In this document: piece by piece, positions 1-13,220 of the stretch
Position numbering within the stretch: position 1 is the stretch's first letter
How the letters are laid out: every line of letters starts with the position of its first letter
NCBI GenBank assembly: GCA_030324005.1
Contig: JARDVH010000163.1
Coordinates: 79,688,225 to 79,752,224 of the forward strand
Source: Negaprion brevirostris
Lineage: Eukaryota
DNA length: 64,000 nt
Reading direction: 5' to 3'
Translations under genes and position numbers: made by a program
The notes under the pieces: model-generated
Database searches by the model: none
Told to the model about the DNA's origin: nothing
Seen by the model: only the letters and a program-made list of their open reading frames with translations

Positions 1-116
1 ACCAGGAATTGTTGCCAATGGGTCCTTACCCAGCCAACGTCACCGTACCTGCACTCTCCTAATAAGCCGAAGCTGTATATAAGCTATAGGAATGGACAGC
101 CAGTCATGCCACAAAA

Positions 117-2115
117 ATGTTTTCGAAGAGAGCAGCCCCAAGATTCATCAGGCCTTGCCAGCTTGATGTTGTGGAGGAGAGGCTTGAGTGCATGTTCCCC
201 AGTCACGTCCTTTGCCCAAGGGGTGCAGCCACCATGGCACTGTGGGAGGAGGTGACAGATGCCAGGAGTCTGACACTGCACTCTGGCCAACAGTGTGTTA
301 AAAAAAAGTATGATCTTCTTCCAGCAGCAAGAGCATGTGAGCATCCTACTTGGAAACCTGCACATGGTCGGCACGGATCTAAAACCATGCTTAGACACCT
401 GAAGGGCATGCAAGAAGTCCCCCTTCCCCCAGGAACAGAATCTAACCCCTTCCCCTCATGCCTCAACGAGCACCCCTCAGCGGTGACCCTTTTCCCTGAA
501 ACTGCCAACCCAAAGTCTGAGACGTAGGCACACATTGCACAACACGCACTTCAATATATTAATGCTTGCTATCCACCTTTTGTTCCCACAGGAGAAGCAT
601 TCGTAACCACTGCAAGATGGCACAGGCTGGCAGTGGTATCTCTGACCTGTGGCAGCCGACCAGCTTTGAACAGTGTGCCATGGAGCTGGCAGGCCGTGAT
701 AGGGCATCCAGAATGGTAACAGACAGCCAGGTCAGCGTCCAACATGCAAGTGAGCATCACCATAGCCATCAACCTAGGTCCTCCTCGAATTAAATGCATA
801 GAATGATTTACCTCCCTTCCCCTAATGTGTGTTTTTATTGTAGCCCTGGAGCCAGACGAACCCGGCCCTTTGGGTGTTGGTGCCTCCCCCCCTTCCCTAA
901 TATCATTCAGCAAACTCCCCATGACCCCCTGAATGACACCTCGGAGGAAAGCGCTGAAGAATCCTTTGAGGACAACACCAGTGATGTGGCACCAGCTTGT
1001 ACCACACAACCCACCGACACAAAGACTATCACCATGGTGGGTACCTTTAGTTTTGAGGCTTCTACGTCACTTATTGGTGAGCACATCACAGACACTGATG
1101 CACACCAGGTGGAGGCGGGCACATCCGAGAGCTCAGGCACACGGAGGGCTACCAGAGGCCAGGATTCAGCTGTCCCCAAGCCAGCTGCTGGACCTCCAGG
1201 TTCGTTCATCCCACGGCTGGTGGAGATGCATCAGCAAACCCAGGGAGTTGTGGATGGGCTGTCAGCAACTATGTTGCAACTGCAAGGCTGTTTAGAGGAG
1301 TCAAACAGAGTGCTGTTGCAGGCGGTGGTGCCAACACAGCGTGAGATCAAGGCCAACACTGGAAGGGTGGCGATCGCAGCGAAAAGATCCCTGGCTCAGT
1401 CTGTCCGGACCATCCTGGAGACACTATGGGCCACGAACAAAGGTGTTGCTGGCATCCATGCGGCACATTGCTCGGTGACCATGGCTGTCGGGGACATGCG
1501 GGAGACACTGCTGGCCATAGCTGGGGCTCTCGCTGGCATTCTGGAGACACAGCAGCCCGTGGCTGTGAGCAACTTTGCTCAGTATCAGAAGGCTACTGCT
1601 GAGGCACTCCAGAGCTTGGCTCGCTCACAGAATGCTGTAGTGGATGGACTCCAGAGCTTGGCCCAGTCTCAGAGCGCCAGGGCTAAGGGATCACAGATCA
1701 AGGGATAGATGCATCTGGGCCTCCAGGACTGACAGAACCAGACAACACCGGGGCTTCTGGAGTTTAGTCTAGCTACACTGGCATCCCATGAAGTGCCCCC
1801 AGGCCTCTGGGCATCCCAAAGGAGGAGGAAGGGCTTGAGCCCATGCTGAGGTCTTCCTCCCAGGAGATCCTGGATGTCCAGAGCCTTCCAATTCCCCCCT
1901 TCCTCACACTGGGGCATCTCAGGGCCAGCAAGATGAACACAGTGGCACCGAAACAGTACCATCCGCAAGCCAGCCGGGGCCCTCCAGGTCCTGGCCACTC
2001 AGAGGCATCACGGACAATGGGGCGTGCATCACAACTGGATACCTCCATCTCTGATTTGCATCCTGGGATAGTGTCAAGAAGAGGCAATAAGCCACATAAA
2101 ATTAGAAAGTTGTAG
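117..2115 (+). pseudogene. Harbinger Myb/SANT-like DNA-binding protein gene, spliced and degraded
   Basis: RAAPRF...LWEEV...QCVKKKYDL (Myb/SANT-like N-terminus), a second segment after acceptor cccacag at about 591 (MAQAGSG...FEQCAMELAG), and a long low-complexity/coiled-coil ORF at 794-1708. Frameshifts and stops are present. Confidence 0.7.
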
Positions 2116-2607
2116 GTTCAGTAAGAGGTCATGAATAGTCAGGGTTTCTTCATCACTAATATTAAGAGCACAATAAACTTTATTTGCACCTCACAGCTGT
2201 GACTAATGTATCTCTGATTCTCCCTCTACAGAGCTGAGTAATCCCCCCACCTTCCCCTGCCCTGCTACCCATAACCACCACTGATTGCCCTGCAAAATTG
2301 TGTTCCCCAACACTTACAGCAACGTGGGCCAGGGTGGCAGCGTGCATTCGGAGTATAGGTGGGAGTTAGGGGCAGGATCCCAGTGTGCACAACAGTGAAT
2401 CGTCATCATCCTCCAGCCTTTAACCAAGACTCACAACCATTGCCAGCCCAGGTACATTAACAGGTTCGGATGTTTGTGGGGGACAGGCTGGTGGGATGAG
2501 AGAGACTGGGGAAAGATGCTATGGTTTGAGATTTGGAGGGGGAATGGCGGCTGCACTTGCTCCTGGGGTGTGGTGGTTACAGCCTCCTCACTACACAGCA
2601 CCAGTTG

Positions 2608-3715
2608 GGGGAAGGGAGCTGCAATCAAGGCATCCCTCACTGCCCTTCCTTCCGGGACACCTACCATCGCCGCTCACCGTCTTTCCTCTGGCTCTTCATA
2701 TGGCAGGACATCCACCTTGCCCCCTCGTCCTGCTCCAGTTGGTCTCCCCCCTACTGGGCAATATAGTGCAGAAGCAGCAAACTATGATTATGTGTGAAGC
2801 AACACAGGGTCATACTGGAGAGTGGTCCAAACAGCGGAACCTCATCTTAAGCTGGCTGATGCGTCGCTTTATGATGGACTGGGTGGCTGCATGGGCCTCG
2901 TTGTAGCAGGTCTGAGGCCTCCACACAGGTATCATCAACCTTGACCTTAGCGGGTAACTCTTGATTGCCAGGAGCCATTCCTGAAGCCTGGACTGGTCTT
3001 CAAAGAGCCCGGGGATGTCCGACTACCTGAGGACAAAGCTGTCATGGACACTCCCTGGATGAGATGGCCATGTGTGATCGGCACATTCAGGGAGTGGAAC
3101 CCTTTCCTCTTCATAGATTTCTGTGGTTCTGCAGGTAGGGCCCTCAAGACGATGTGTGTTCTGTCCACTGCTCTCTGGACATTGGGAATCCCAGCAATGG
3201 CAGCAAAGCCTGGAGACTGAGCCTCCTGCTATGATTGGCCCACATTAAAGTTTACGTACTGCCCTGCCCAGGCATACTGGGCATCTGTGACTTGCTGCAC
3301 ACATCTGTGTACAGCGGCCTGGGAGATCCCACTCAGGTCACCACCATGTGCCTGAAATGACCCAGATACAAAAATATTCAGGACAGCCGTCACCTTCACA
3401 GGAAGCGGGTGGCCGCCCCTCCCCCAATGTGCCAGGTGTGTGAGCGCCTCACACAGGTGCCACACCATGGTCTTGGACTGGCAACAGCACATTTCCTCTG
3501 AGAGGGCCTTGAATGAATTGTGGGGCCTGTACCTCCTTGCCCTTGGCACCCTCTAGGGAGCCTGCTCACCCACCTCCTGACTCTCCTTCCTGAGGGACTG
3601 GTATTGGCTGATCTTGCAGTGGTCTCTCCACATCCACCACCTCCTGAGCCGCCTCACTCTCTTCTTCACCCGCCACCATAATGACCAGCTCCAAATCGAT
3701 CAGTCCAAGATCATC
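2608..3715 (-). pseudogene. Harbinger (HARBI1-like) DDE transposase, degraded
   Basis: Fragments VKVTAVLNIFVSGSFQ..GDLSGISQAAVHRCVQQVTDA, DRTHIVL..RKGFHSLNV, YNEAHAAT..LKMRFRCLD and C-terminal RDALIAA match Harbinger transposase motifs, broken by frameshifts and deletions. Confidence 0.85.
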
Positions 3716-6199
3716 TGCACAGTGAGCTTTGGAAAGAGCATAGAATGACAGATTAATGTCATTGGCTGCATAGACCCAGCACCACCCCAATCCCTCACTT
3801 GGGCCAGAATGCCCACTTGTGGGTACTGGCAACCCCACACAATCCATGGCACCATGGGTGGTCCATTTAAGGTTGTGTGAGATTCCCATCATAACAAATG
3901 CTGGTACAGATGATGCAGGTCGGTGTGCAGATGTGGGCAATGCGCAACCTTGAGCCATTGCAATTTGTGCAACTACAACATCTGTTACAGGCATGTGTTG
4001 CTGGACCGTGTCACGGGGCAGGGACAGTCTGCCAGATGTGTGCCCAGTAACAGCAGATTCCATGCAGTCCATGTCTGAACCTCTGCAACCTGGCCTGGAG
4101 CAGCAGCTGCTTCATCTGGTTAGGCCTCAGTCATCACATGGTACACTCCTCCCCCACCCTGGAACACCAGCACTTGGTAGAATCCCTGACCACACCCTGC
4201 AGCAAGACAGTGCCCTGGAGGGGAAGGCTGAGCAGGACTCCTTCAGGGACCCTCACCCAGAGAGCTCTGAGAAAATAGAAGGCCCCCCCCCCGCCACCGC
4301 CCCCGCCCCAGATATCAATTGTCCATCAGCCAGTACCNNNNNNNNNNNNNNNNNNNNNNNNNNNNNNNNNNNNNNNNNNNNNNNNNNNNNNNNNNNNNNN
4401 NNNNNNNNNNNNNNNNNNNNNNNNNNNNNNNNNNNNNNNNNNNNNNNNNNNNNNNNNNNNNNNNNNNNNNNNNNNNNNNNNNNNNNNNNNNNNNNNNNNN
4501 NNNNNNNNNNNNNNNNNNNNNNNNNNNNNNNNNNNNNNNNNNNNNNNNNNNNNNNNNNNNNNNNNNNNNNNNNNNNNNNNNNNNNNNNNNNNNNNNNNNN
4601 NNNNNNNNNNNNNNNNNNNNNNNNNNNNNNNNNNNNNNNNNNNNNNNNNNNNNNNNNNNNNNNNNNNNNNNNNNNNNNNNNNNNNNNNNNNNNNNNNNNN
4701 NNNNNNNNNNNNNNNNNNNNNNNNNNNNNNNNNNNNNNNNNNNNNNNNNNNNNNNNNNNNNNNNNNNNNNNNNNNNNNNNNNNNNNNNNNNNNNNNNNNN
4801 NNNNNNNNNNNNNNNNNNNNNNNNNNNNNNNNNNCCACCCCCACCGATCACCCCCTGGATTCCCACCCTAATTATGCTCCTGTCTCTTAGCATTGCCCCC
4901 TGCTTGGTGGGCAGTGCCAAGGTGCCCCCCTGGACATGGGCACTTTGCCCTTTGGGCAATGCCAAGGTGCCCCCCTGGACATGGGCACTTTGCCCTTTGG
5001 GCAATGCCAGCGACCCATGCCCTGGGGGCGTCCCCCAGTGCCCCAACAATATAATTTTTAAAATAATTTATGGGTCCTGCAGGCCTCCGATTGTCCCTCA
5101 CTTCAGTGGGGTTGGGCCATTAGTACCCTGAAAGTGGGGAGCTACTGTAAACTCTGCTAGAGTGAAACACGCTGGTGGGGTGCAAGAGGCTAACAGGCCC
5201 ACTAATGACATTTAAATCACACTTAAATAAAGATTTTAATCAATTTAGTATCTTCCTGCCAGTTTGCATTGCGGATCCGATGCCGCCAGAAATCTGGCAC
5301 TGAGTGTTTGTGGTGGGAACATATGTGCGAAACGTGTGCATGCCCGGCTGTATGGTTTTCCAACCCCGCTGCACTAGAAAATTAGCACAGCTGGGTGGGA
5401 GAATCACCCCCATTCTAACTGAGCCACTTGGCTTTGGGACCATGACCATTTCAGAACCATTTCACCATAAACAGTCACTATAGCATATATTTAATTTCAT
5501 CCTTCACTATGTCATAGAGTGGGTAAGGGACCAGCCTCGGTGTGAAGAGGAAGATTAGCTTAACATCAGTCCTTATGCTTTCCCAAGCCTGTAAGTAATC
5601 TTAGAAAGTTAGTCCTGAATGTGCTACTGTACTACTCATCAGCAATTTCATCAACATCGTGCTGCAGCTTCAATTTGAAACAAGCTTTCCTGCTTAATAA
5701 TTATGATTTTTGGTTTTGTATGCTGTACAGATATTCACTGATTCCTTTACGCTTGCATTTTAATTTGGTCAGATGTTGGCCAATGACATTCAGTGTAGTC
5801 CCACCTGGACCTTAGGACTGGGTGGATGAAAGCTGGAACGTAATGTGCATAATTCACTTTCCTTTTTCAGTTCAGATTGAAACACCTGCCTCTGGGTCTA
5901 AATTTGAACTCTGTGGGGTATCCATTTCAAATTTTCTGTTTCATATACTTTTCTGAAGAAAGTTATTACTTTATCCAAAGGTTCTCCTACTTCTTGAATA
6001 TGGTTGTACTTCATATATTTCCTTTCTTTTTGCAGGCAATACATGTTTTAGATTGGCAGATAATTTTAAAGGGTTCTAACTTCTCATAGTTTTTCCAATG
6101 CTGAGCTTGTTGTGAGCCTTCAGTACATCAGAAATATTCTAGAAGCGCCTCAGTGGATTCACCTAAGCTATTCAAGAATACAGTTTGTTTTCTTTTAAT

Positions 6200-6750
6200 A
6201 ATTTATGGGACATGGGCATCACTGGCTTGACCAGCATTTATTGCTCATCCCCAGTTTCCTTGAGAAAGTGGTAGAGAGCTGCCTTCTTGAACCACTGCAA
6301 CCCCTGAGGTGAATATGTACCCACAGTGTTAGAGGGAAGGTTTAGGAATTTGACCCAGCAACAATGAAGGACAGCGATATATTTCCAAATTAGGATAACG
6401 AGTGACTTGGAGGGGAACCTCCAGGCGAGGCGTTCCCAGGCATCTGTTGCTCTTGTTCTTCTAGTTGGTAGTTGTCGTGGGTTTGGAAGGTGCTGCCCGA
6501 GGAAGCTTGATGAGTTCTTGCAGTGTATCTTGTAGATTGTGCACACGCTGCCACTGTGTGAAGTGATGGAATGTTTGCAGAAAGTGTGCCAATCAAGTGG
6601 GCTGCTTTATCCAGGATTGTGTTGAGCTTCTAGGCAAGTGGAGACTTTTCTATTGCAATCCTGATTTGTGTCTTATAGGTGGACAAGTTTTGGGGAGTTA
6701 GCTGTCATGGTACTCTTAGCCTCTGACCTACTCTTGTAGCCACAGCATTT
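6200..6750 (-). mobile_element. LINE 3' fragment (CR1/L2-like)
   Basis: Minus-strand ORF CTIYKIHCKNSS..LPNPR..GLQWFKKAALYHFLK is typical of non-LTR RT C-terminal regions; related fragments occur near 34610-34720 and 37450-37720. Confidence 0.55.
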
Positions 6751-6756
6751 ATATAG

Positions 6757-7069
6757 ATCATAGAATCTGACAGTGCAGAAGGAGGCCATGGCCCATTGAA
6801 TCTGACTGACCCACAATCCCACCCCAGAACCTATCCCCAAACATTTACCATGCTAATCCTTCTAACCTACACATCTGGGACATTATGGGCAATTTAGCAT
6901 GGCGAATCCACCTAACCCACACATCTTTCGATTGTGGGAGGGAACTGGAGCACCTGAAGGAAATCCACACAGACACGAGGAGAACATGCAAACTCCGCAC
7001 AGGCAGTAATGCAAGCCTGGTCCCTGGCACTGTGAGGCAGCAGTGCTAACCACAATGCCATCATGCCGC
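6757..7069 (-). mobile_element. HE1/V-SINE-type tRNA-derived SINE
   Basis: tRNA-like head gtggttagcactgctgcctcacag, central body, and CR1-derived tail ggcctccttctgcactgt..attctatgat, in reverse orientation. Confidence 0.8.
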
Positions 7070-7299
7070 ATGTGGCACAGTGGAACAGTATATAGATAAT
7101 CCAGTTCAGTTTCTGGTCAATAGTAATTCCCAGGAACAGTAAGATTTCTTTACAGCTCTATATATACTTTATGAACTCTGCTTGAGGCATCTCCTCCCTC
7201 TAGAACTCTGTTATTTAGTCAAAGGAGATTTGGAAGCAGGATGCCTTTCAGCCTTGGCTTAACTTCTCACCAGGCCTACTTTATTTTGTGTTGTTTTGA

Positions 7300-7960
7300 C
7301 TCACCCAAACAGGCTCGTTCACTCACTCACTCATGCTTACTTACTCACTCACTCATTCATGCTTGATCACTCACTCACGCGTGTTCACCCACTCATGCTT
7401 GCTCGTCCACTCACACTTGCTCACACGCTTGCTCACTCACTCCACTCACTCACTCACTCTCGCTCACTCACGCTTGCTCGCTCACTCACTCACACTAGCT
7501 CGCTCGCTTGCTTACTCAGTCACTCACGCTTGCTTGCTCATTCACTCTCGCTCACTCACTCACTCACTCTCATGCTTGCTCGCTCACTCACTCACTCTTG
7601 CTGGCTCATTCACTCACGCTGGCTCACTCACTCATGCTAGCTCACTCACTCACGCTTGCTCACTCACTCATTCATGCTCGCTCACTCTCGCTTGCTCACT
7701 CACTGTCGCTGGCTCACTCACTCTCGCTCACTCACTTACGCTGGCTCACTCACTCACGCTGGCTCACTCACTCATGCTTGCTCACTCACTCATTCATGCT
7801 CGCTCACTCTCGCTTGCTCACTGACTCTCGCTCACTCACTCACTCACTCGCTCACTTACTCACGCTAGCTCACTTACTCACTCATGCTTGCTCACTCACG
7901 CTCACTCACTCGCTCACACTCGCACACTCACTCACTCGCTCACTCATGCTCACTCGCACA
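7300..7960 (+). repeat. Degenerate (CTCA)n-based simple repeat
   Basis: About 660 nt of ctcactcactca interspersed with cgcttg/catg; it generates the spurious HSLT-rich ORFs. Confidence 0.95.
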
Positions 7961-8356
7961 GATTCATTCATACAAACTCACTATTCAGAACCCCCAGGGA
8001 ATTATCTGGTCCTCAACACTGAGCTTATCTTTCTGAGAGAGGAAGTCTTTCATTTCTTTTGAGGGTTATCCTTGGAATTCATTGGGATCATATGCCTTAT
8101 TTTAGGAAAGATTGGATCCTTTTTGTATCCATGCCTTGTGAACACCAGAAGTTCCCAAAATATTTAGGATCATCTCGAAATCTTCTAATGTTGGTAAAGG
8201 AGCCAGGCTTGTGGGCAATGGGAGGTGACTCAGCGCATTGGCATTTGCTATCCAGGTTCCAGGATTGTGTTCTCAAAGTTATTTAGAGCTTGCAATAACA
8301 AGGCCCAACACTGAATCCAGGCAGAGGCAATAAGGGGGAGGCATTGTATTCTTTAA

Positions 8357-8600
8357 ATATTTATTAGTGTCCCAAGTAGGCTTACATTAACACTGCAATG
8401 AAGTTAGTGTGAAAATCCCCTAGTCGCCACACTCCGGTGCCTATTTGGATACACTGAGGAATAATATAGCATGGTCAATGCACCTAACCAGGACGTATTC
8501 CACAATGTGGGAGGAAACCAGAGCACCAGAAGGAAGGCCATGCAGACACAGGGAGAACATGCAGAAATTAAACCGGACAGACCACCAGGCATTGACCTAG
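8357..8600 (-). mobile_element. V-SINE-type SINE with alternative tail
   Basis: Shares the SINE body. Tail ggggattttcac..ttcattgcagtgttaa matches the copy at 40055-40337. Confidence 0.65.
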
Positions 8601-8659
8601 GCACAGGAAAAGACAATGGCAAAAGAAACAGTCCTATCAACCCTGCAAAGTTGTCCTTA

Positions 8660-8860
8660 CTGACATCTGGTGGCTAGTGCCAAAATTAGGAGAGCTGTCC
8701 CCCAGCCTGGTCAAACAACAGCCTGACATAGTCATTCTCATGGCATCATACCTTACAGATAACACCCTGGACACCACCATTATCATCCCTGAATATGTCC
8801 TGCCCTATCAGCAGGACAGACCCAGTAGAAGTGACGGCACAGTGATATACAGTTGGGAGG
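8660..8860 (+). mobile_element. LINE APE-endonuclease N-terminal fragment
   Basis: PKLGELS..LVKQQPDIVIL..SYLTDN..DTTIIIPEYVL..QDRPSRSDGTVIYS matches the non-LTR endonuclease pattern PDIVxLTE...DR..RGGGxxxY. Confidence 0.7.
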
Positions 8861-10229
8861 AATACACCACATCCACAAGTTCGCCATTGTCCACCTTGCA
8901 CATAATGTCCTCAAAGAATTCCACCAAATTAATCAAACATGTCCTGCCATTCATGAAACAATGCTGCATCTTCCCAATGGGACAATTTATATCCAGACAT
9001 CTTGCTGTTTCTTCCTTGACGATAGGTTCAAGTATTTTCCCTTCTATAGTAGTTAAGCAAAGCTGCCTAGAGTTACCAAGTTATGGGTGCCTTTTGTCTA
9101 CCTCCTTTTTTAAGCAATGGCGTCACATCCCCTACTGACCACTACTGCAGAATGGCAGCAGTCTCCTCTCCCTCAACTGATCGCTACTGCAGATGGCAGC
9201 ACCCCCCCCAACCGATTGTTATTGAAAGATGGCAGTGTTTCCAGCCCCCTCCCCCACCAATTGCTACTGCAGAGTGGCAGTAGTTCCCTCTCCTCCAGAA
9301 TGACATGCCTCTGATCTGGCTCCACCCTTTCTGGCCTCACTCCTTGGCACTGCCTGGTGCCCAGTGCCAGGTTGGCAGTGCCATGGTGCCTGGTGGGAAG
9401 TGCCAGGGTGCCAGCCTGATACTGCCAGGGTCCAGGTTGGCAGTGCCAGGTTATGCTGTCCAAGGGGCAACTCCTCTGCTTCCAACCTCCCAGAGGGCCT
9501 CATTGGCCTCAGATTCTACTGGCGAGGCCATCACATCTATCCTCCATTGATGGGGACCATACATGATTCTTGCTGGAGAAAACCTTTACCAGCAAGGCCA
9601 CAGAGGCAAGTGTCACTGGATGATTCCATTCTGGGCTCCTTATTCTAGTAAAATAAAAATTAACATATATTGAAATGTTATAATTAACCCTGCNNNNNNN
9701 NNNNNNNNNNNNNNNNNNNNNNNNNNNNNNNNNNNNNNNNNNNNNNNNNNNNNNNNNNNNNNNNNNNNNNNNNNNNNNNNNNNNNNNNNNNNNNNNNNNN
9801 NNNNNNNNNNNNNNNNNNNNNNNNNNNNNNNNNNNNNNNNNNNNNNNNNNNNNNNNNNNNNNNNNNNNNNNNNNNNNNNNNNNNNNNNNNNNNNNNNNNN
9901 NNNNNNNNNNNNNNNNNNNNNNNNNNNNNNNNNNNNNNNNNNNNNNNNNNNNNNNNNNNNNNNNNNNNNNNNNNNNNNNNNNNNNNNNNNNNAAGGGCCT
10001 CTTTCTGCACTTTAGGATTCTATGACCTATGATCTAAACATTGCTAACAATCCCTCACAGGGCCAAATGGGATGGTGCCATTAACTCCGCTTCTAGCACC
10101 CTGGAAGATTGGGGAACTTTTAATATATAGAAACATAGAAAGAAGCTGCAAGAGTAGGGGAGTCGGTCTTTTGAGCCTGCACTATCATTCAATATGATTG
10201 TGCACTTTCAGTATCCCATTCCCCCGTCC

Positions 10230-12235
10230 ACTGCCACGATCAACAAAGAATCACTAAAAAAGTAATAAAAAGAGCAAAGGCAAATTATGAAAGAAAACTA
10301 ATGCAAAATATAAAAACTGACAGTAAAAGCTGTATAAGGAAGAAGAGAGTAACTAAAGTGAATGTTGGTCCCCTGGAAGATGAGGCTGGGGAGTTAACAG
10401 TGGCAAATGCAGAAGGGGCTGAACACTAAATCAATATTTTGCCTCAGTTTTCATGGTGGTGTACACTAATATTTTTCCAAAAGTAACAGAAAATGCAAAT
10501 GTCATAGAAATGGTGATACTTAGAACTATCATCATTGCTAGGAGAAAAAGTATTGAGCAAACTATTGGGCTTGATGGCAGGCAAGTCCCCAGGGCCTGAT
10601 GGCCTACATCCTAGGGTCTGAAAGGAAGGGATGCTGAAGGTAGTGGATCCATTAGTTACAAGAAGCTAAATTGCCTATTCCTGTTCCTAGGGGGCATGGA
10701 TTCAGACACTGGATATTTCACTGGCTGCATTGGTCACCCTGAATTTGTCAAAACAGATTGGCAAAGCAGCAGAGAATCTCTCAGCTTAGACTGTGGAATT
10801 CAAAATTGTACAGATATGGGAATGGTTCTGGTGGATTGGAAAAATGCCAACATGATGCCCTTATTCAAAAAGGGAGGGAGTCAAAATGAAGGGAACTATA
10901 AAGCAATTAGTTTGACATCTGTCATTGGGAGATTGTTAGAATCCGTTAGCAAGGAATTTGGAAAGTCAAAATGCAGTCCATTAGAATCAATATGGTTTTA
11001 TGAAGGGTAAATCATGTTTGATTGATTTGCCAGTGTTCTTCGAAGATGTACAAGCCAACTGGATAATGGGGATCCAGTAGATGTTGTATATATATATCTG
11101 GACTTCCAGAAGGCATTTGATAAAGTGCCACACAAAAGGTTAATACATAAGGTTAGTTCACATGGGATATGGGATAATTTATTAGGTTAGATAGAGGATT
11201 GGCTATCCAACAGAAAGCGGAGAGTCAGGATAATTGGGTCCTTTTTTTGGGTTGGCAAGATGTAACTAGTGGCGTGCCAGAGGGTTCAGTCCTCAGGCCC
11301 CGACTATTTACAATTTATATCAATGACTTGGATGCAGGGATTGGAGGTACCATAAATAAATTTTCAGATGACACTAAAATAGGTGGGATAGTAAGTTGCA
11401 ATAACGAAATAAATTTACAAATGGGTGTGGATAGTTTAAGTGAATGGAGTAAAATTTGATAGGTGGAGTTTAACATGGATAAGTGTGAGGTTATCCATTT
11501 TAGTAGGAAAATACAAAGACAAATTATTACCTAAATTGAGAGAGAACTCCAGAGTGTTTCAGGGCAGAGGGATCTGGGTGTCCTCATGCATGAATTGCAA
11601 AGTTAGTATGCAGGTAGAACAGGTAATAAAGAAGGTGACTGGAATCTTGGCATACATTGCCAAAGGAATAGAGTATAAATATGAAGTGTTGCTGCTACTA
11701 TACAATGCATTAGTGAGACTGCACATAGAAAATTGTGTGCAACCTTGATCCCTTTACTTGAGAAGCGATGTTGCATTTGAGGGGGTTCAGAGGAGGTTTG
11801 CTAGATCAATTCCAGAGATGAGGCATTTGTCTTATGAAGGGAAATTGGGCAGTTTACGCTTGGAAGAATGAGATCTAATTGAGGTGTACAAGGTGATAAA
11901 GGGATTGCTAAAGTGATCGTGGAGAGGATGTTTCCTCTTGTAGGGCAATCTAGAACAAGATAAAGGATTTAAAACAGAGATGAGGAGAAATTGCTTCTCT
12001 CAAAGGGTCGTAAGTCTGTGGAATTCACTACTCTAGAGCATAGTGAATGCCAGGACTTTGAGTAAATTTAAGGAAGAGGTGGACAGATTTTTGACAAATA
12101 ATGGGTTTGAAAAGCTACGGTGAAAGGGCAGGAAAATGCAGTTGAGGCTGAGATGATCATATTGAATGGCGGAGCAGGCTCAAGGGGCTAAATTTCTTAC
12201 TCCTGCTCCTAGTTCTTGTGTTCTTATGATTCTTA
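10230..12235 (+). mobile_element. CR1-clade LINE, 5'-truncated RT pseudogene with 3' tail
   Basis: KSPGPDGLHPR, DWKNAN..PLFKKG, GNYKAISLTSV, LDFQKAFDKVPH, GVPEGSVLRPRLFTIYINDLD and KFSDDTKIGG motifs; ends in a ttcttgtgttcttatg tail. Many stops and frameshifts. Confidence 0.92.
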
Positions 12236-12720
12236 TAATTCCCTCTCCACAGACTTGCTGAGGCTTTGCAGCGATTTTGGTTTCTATTTCAGTTTCAATG
12301 GGTTTGGGGGCATGGATTCGGGCACTGGGCATTTCAGCTGGCTGCATTGGTCACCCTGAATTTGTCAAAGCAGAGTCGCAAACCAGCAGACAATCTCTCA
12401 GCTTAGGCTGTGGAATCCAATCCAGAGGATTCGATTACATTCAGACAGCACAACATTAGCAATAAAATGTTTTTAAAATCCATAGTTTTGCTGGTGGCAT
12501 TGGTAGTTTTGTGGTTATGCAACTGGATGAGAAATCCAGTGCTAAAGCTCGACTAACAATCAAATCCCACTCTGGCACTTTGAAAATTTGTGGTCAACAT
12601 TAGTTAAAAGTTGGTGTGATCAGTAAAAGTGACAATGAAGCTGTTGGATTGTTACAAAGGATGCCAGTTATGACTCAGGAGTATTCATCTAGCCAGAATA
12701 ACAACTATCAGTGCATAACC

Positions 12721-13220
12721 TAGAATCATAGAACCATACAGTGCAAAAAGAGACCCTTCAAGTTTGCACTGAACACAATCCCACCCAGGTCCTACCCCCA
12801 TATCCCACCCATTAATCCCTCTAACCTACACATCTCAGGACACTGAGGGGCAATTTCTTAGCATGGCCAATCAACCTAACCTGCACATCTTTGGACTGTG
12901 GGAGGAAACCCACNNNNNNNNNNNNNNNNNNNNNNNNNNNNNNNNNNNNNNNNNNNNNNNNNNNNNNNNNNNNNNNNNNNNNNNNNNNNNNNNNNNNNNN
13001 NNNNNNNNNNNNNAAAAAGATACAAAAGTCTGAGGTCACGTACCAAATTTGAAGGATTTCACTTCCCCAATCATAGAATCCCTTCAGTGCAGAAAGAAGC
13101 CACTCAGTCAATTGAGTCTGCACCATCAACAACCCCAGCCAGACCCTATCCCCGTAACCCGATGTTTATACCCTGTTAATCTTCCTGACAGTGTGGGGCA
13201 TTTTAGCATGACCAACCCAC
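12721..13220 (-). mobile_element. Two partial HE1-type SINEs separated by an N gap
   Basis: tagaatcatagaa tail and ggccaatcaacctaacctgcacatctttggactgtgggaggaaacc body; a second tail starts at about 13070. Confidence 0.7.

Larger units (their letters stand above)
1..5410. mobile_element. Decayed autonomous-type PIF/Harbinger DNA transposon (left end outside window)
   Basis: Convergent Myb/SANT-like gene (+) and DDE transposase (-) remnants. GC-rich subterminal repeats at 4900-5050 and a terminus-like gggagaatcacccc at about 5397-5410. Confidence 0.8.

Noticed and set aside
7296-8062. Long His/Ser/Leu/Thr-rich ORFs
   Set aside because: Products of the (CTCA)n simple repeat, open in several frames.
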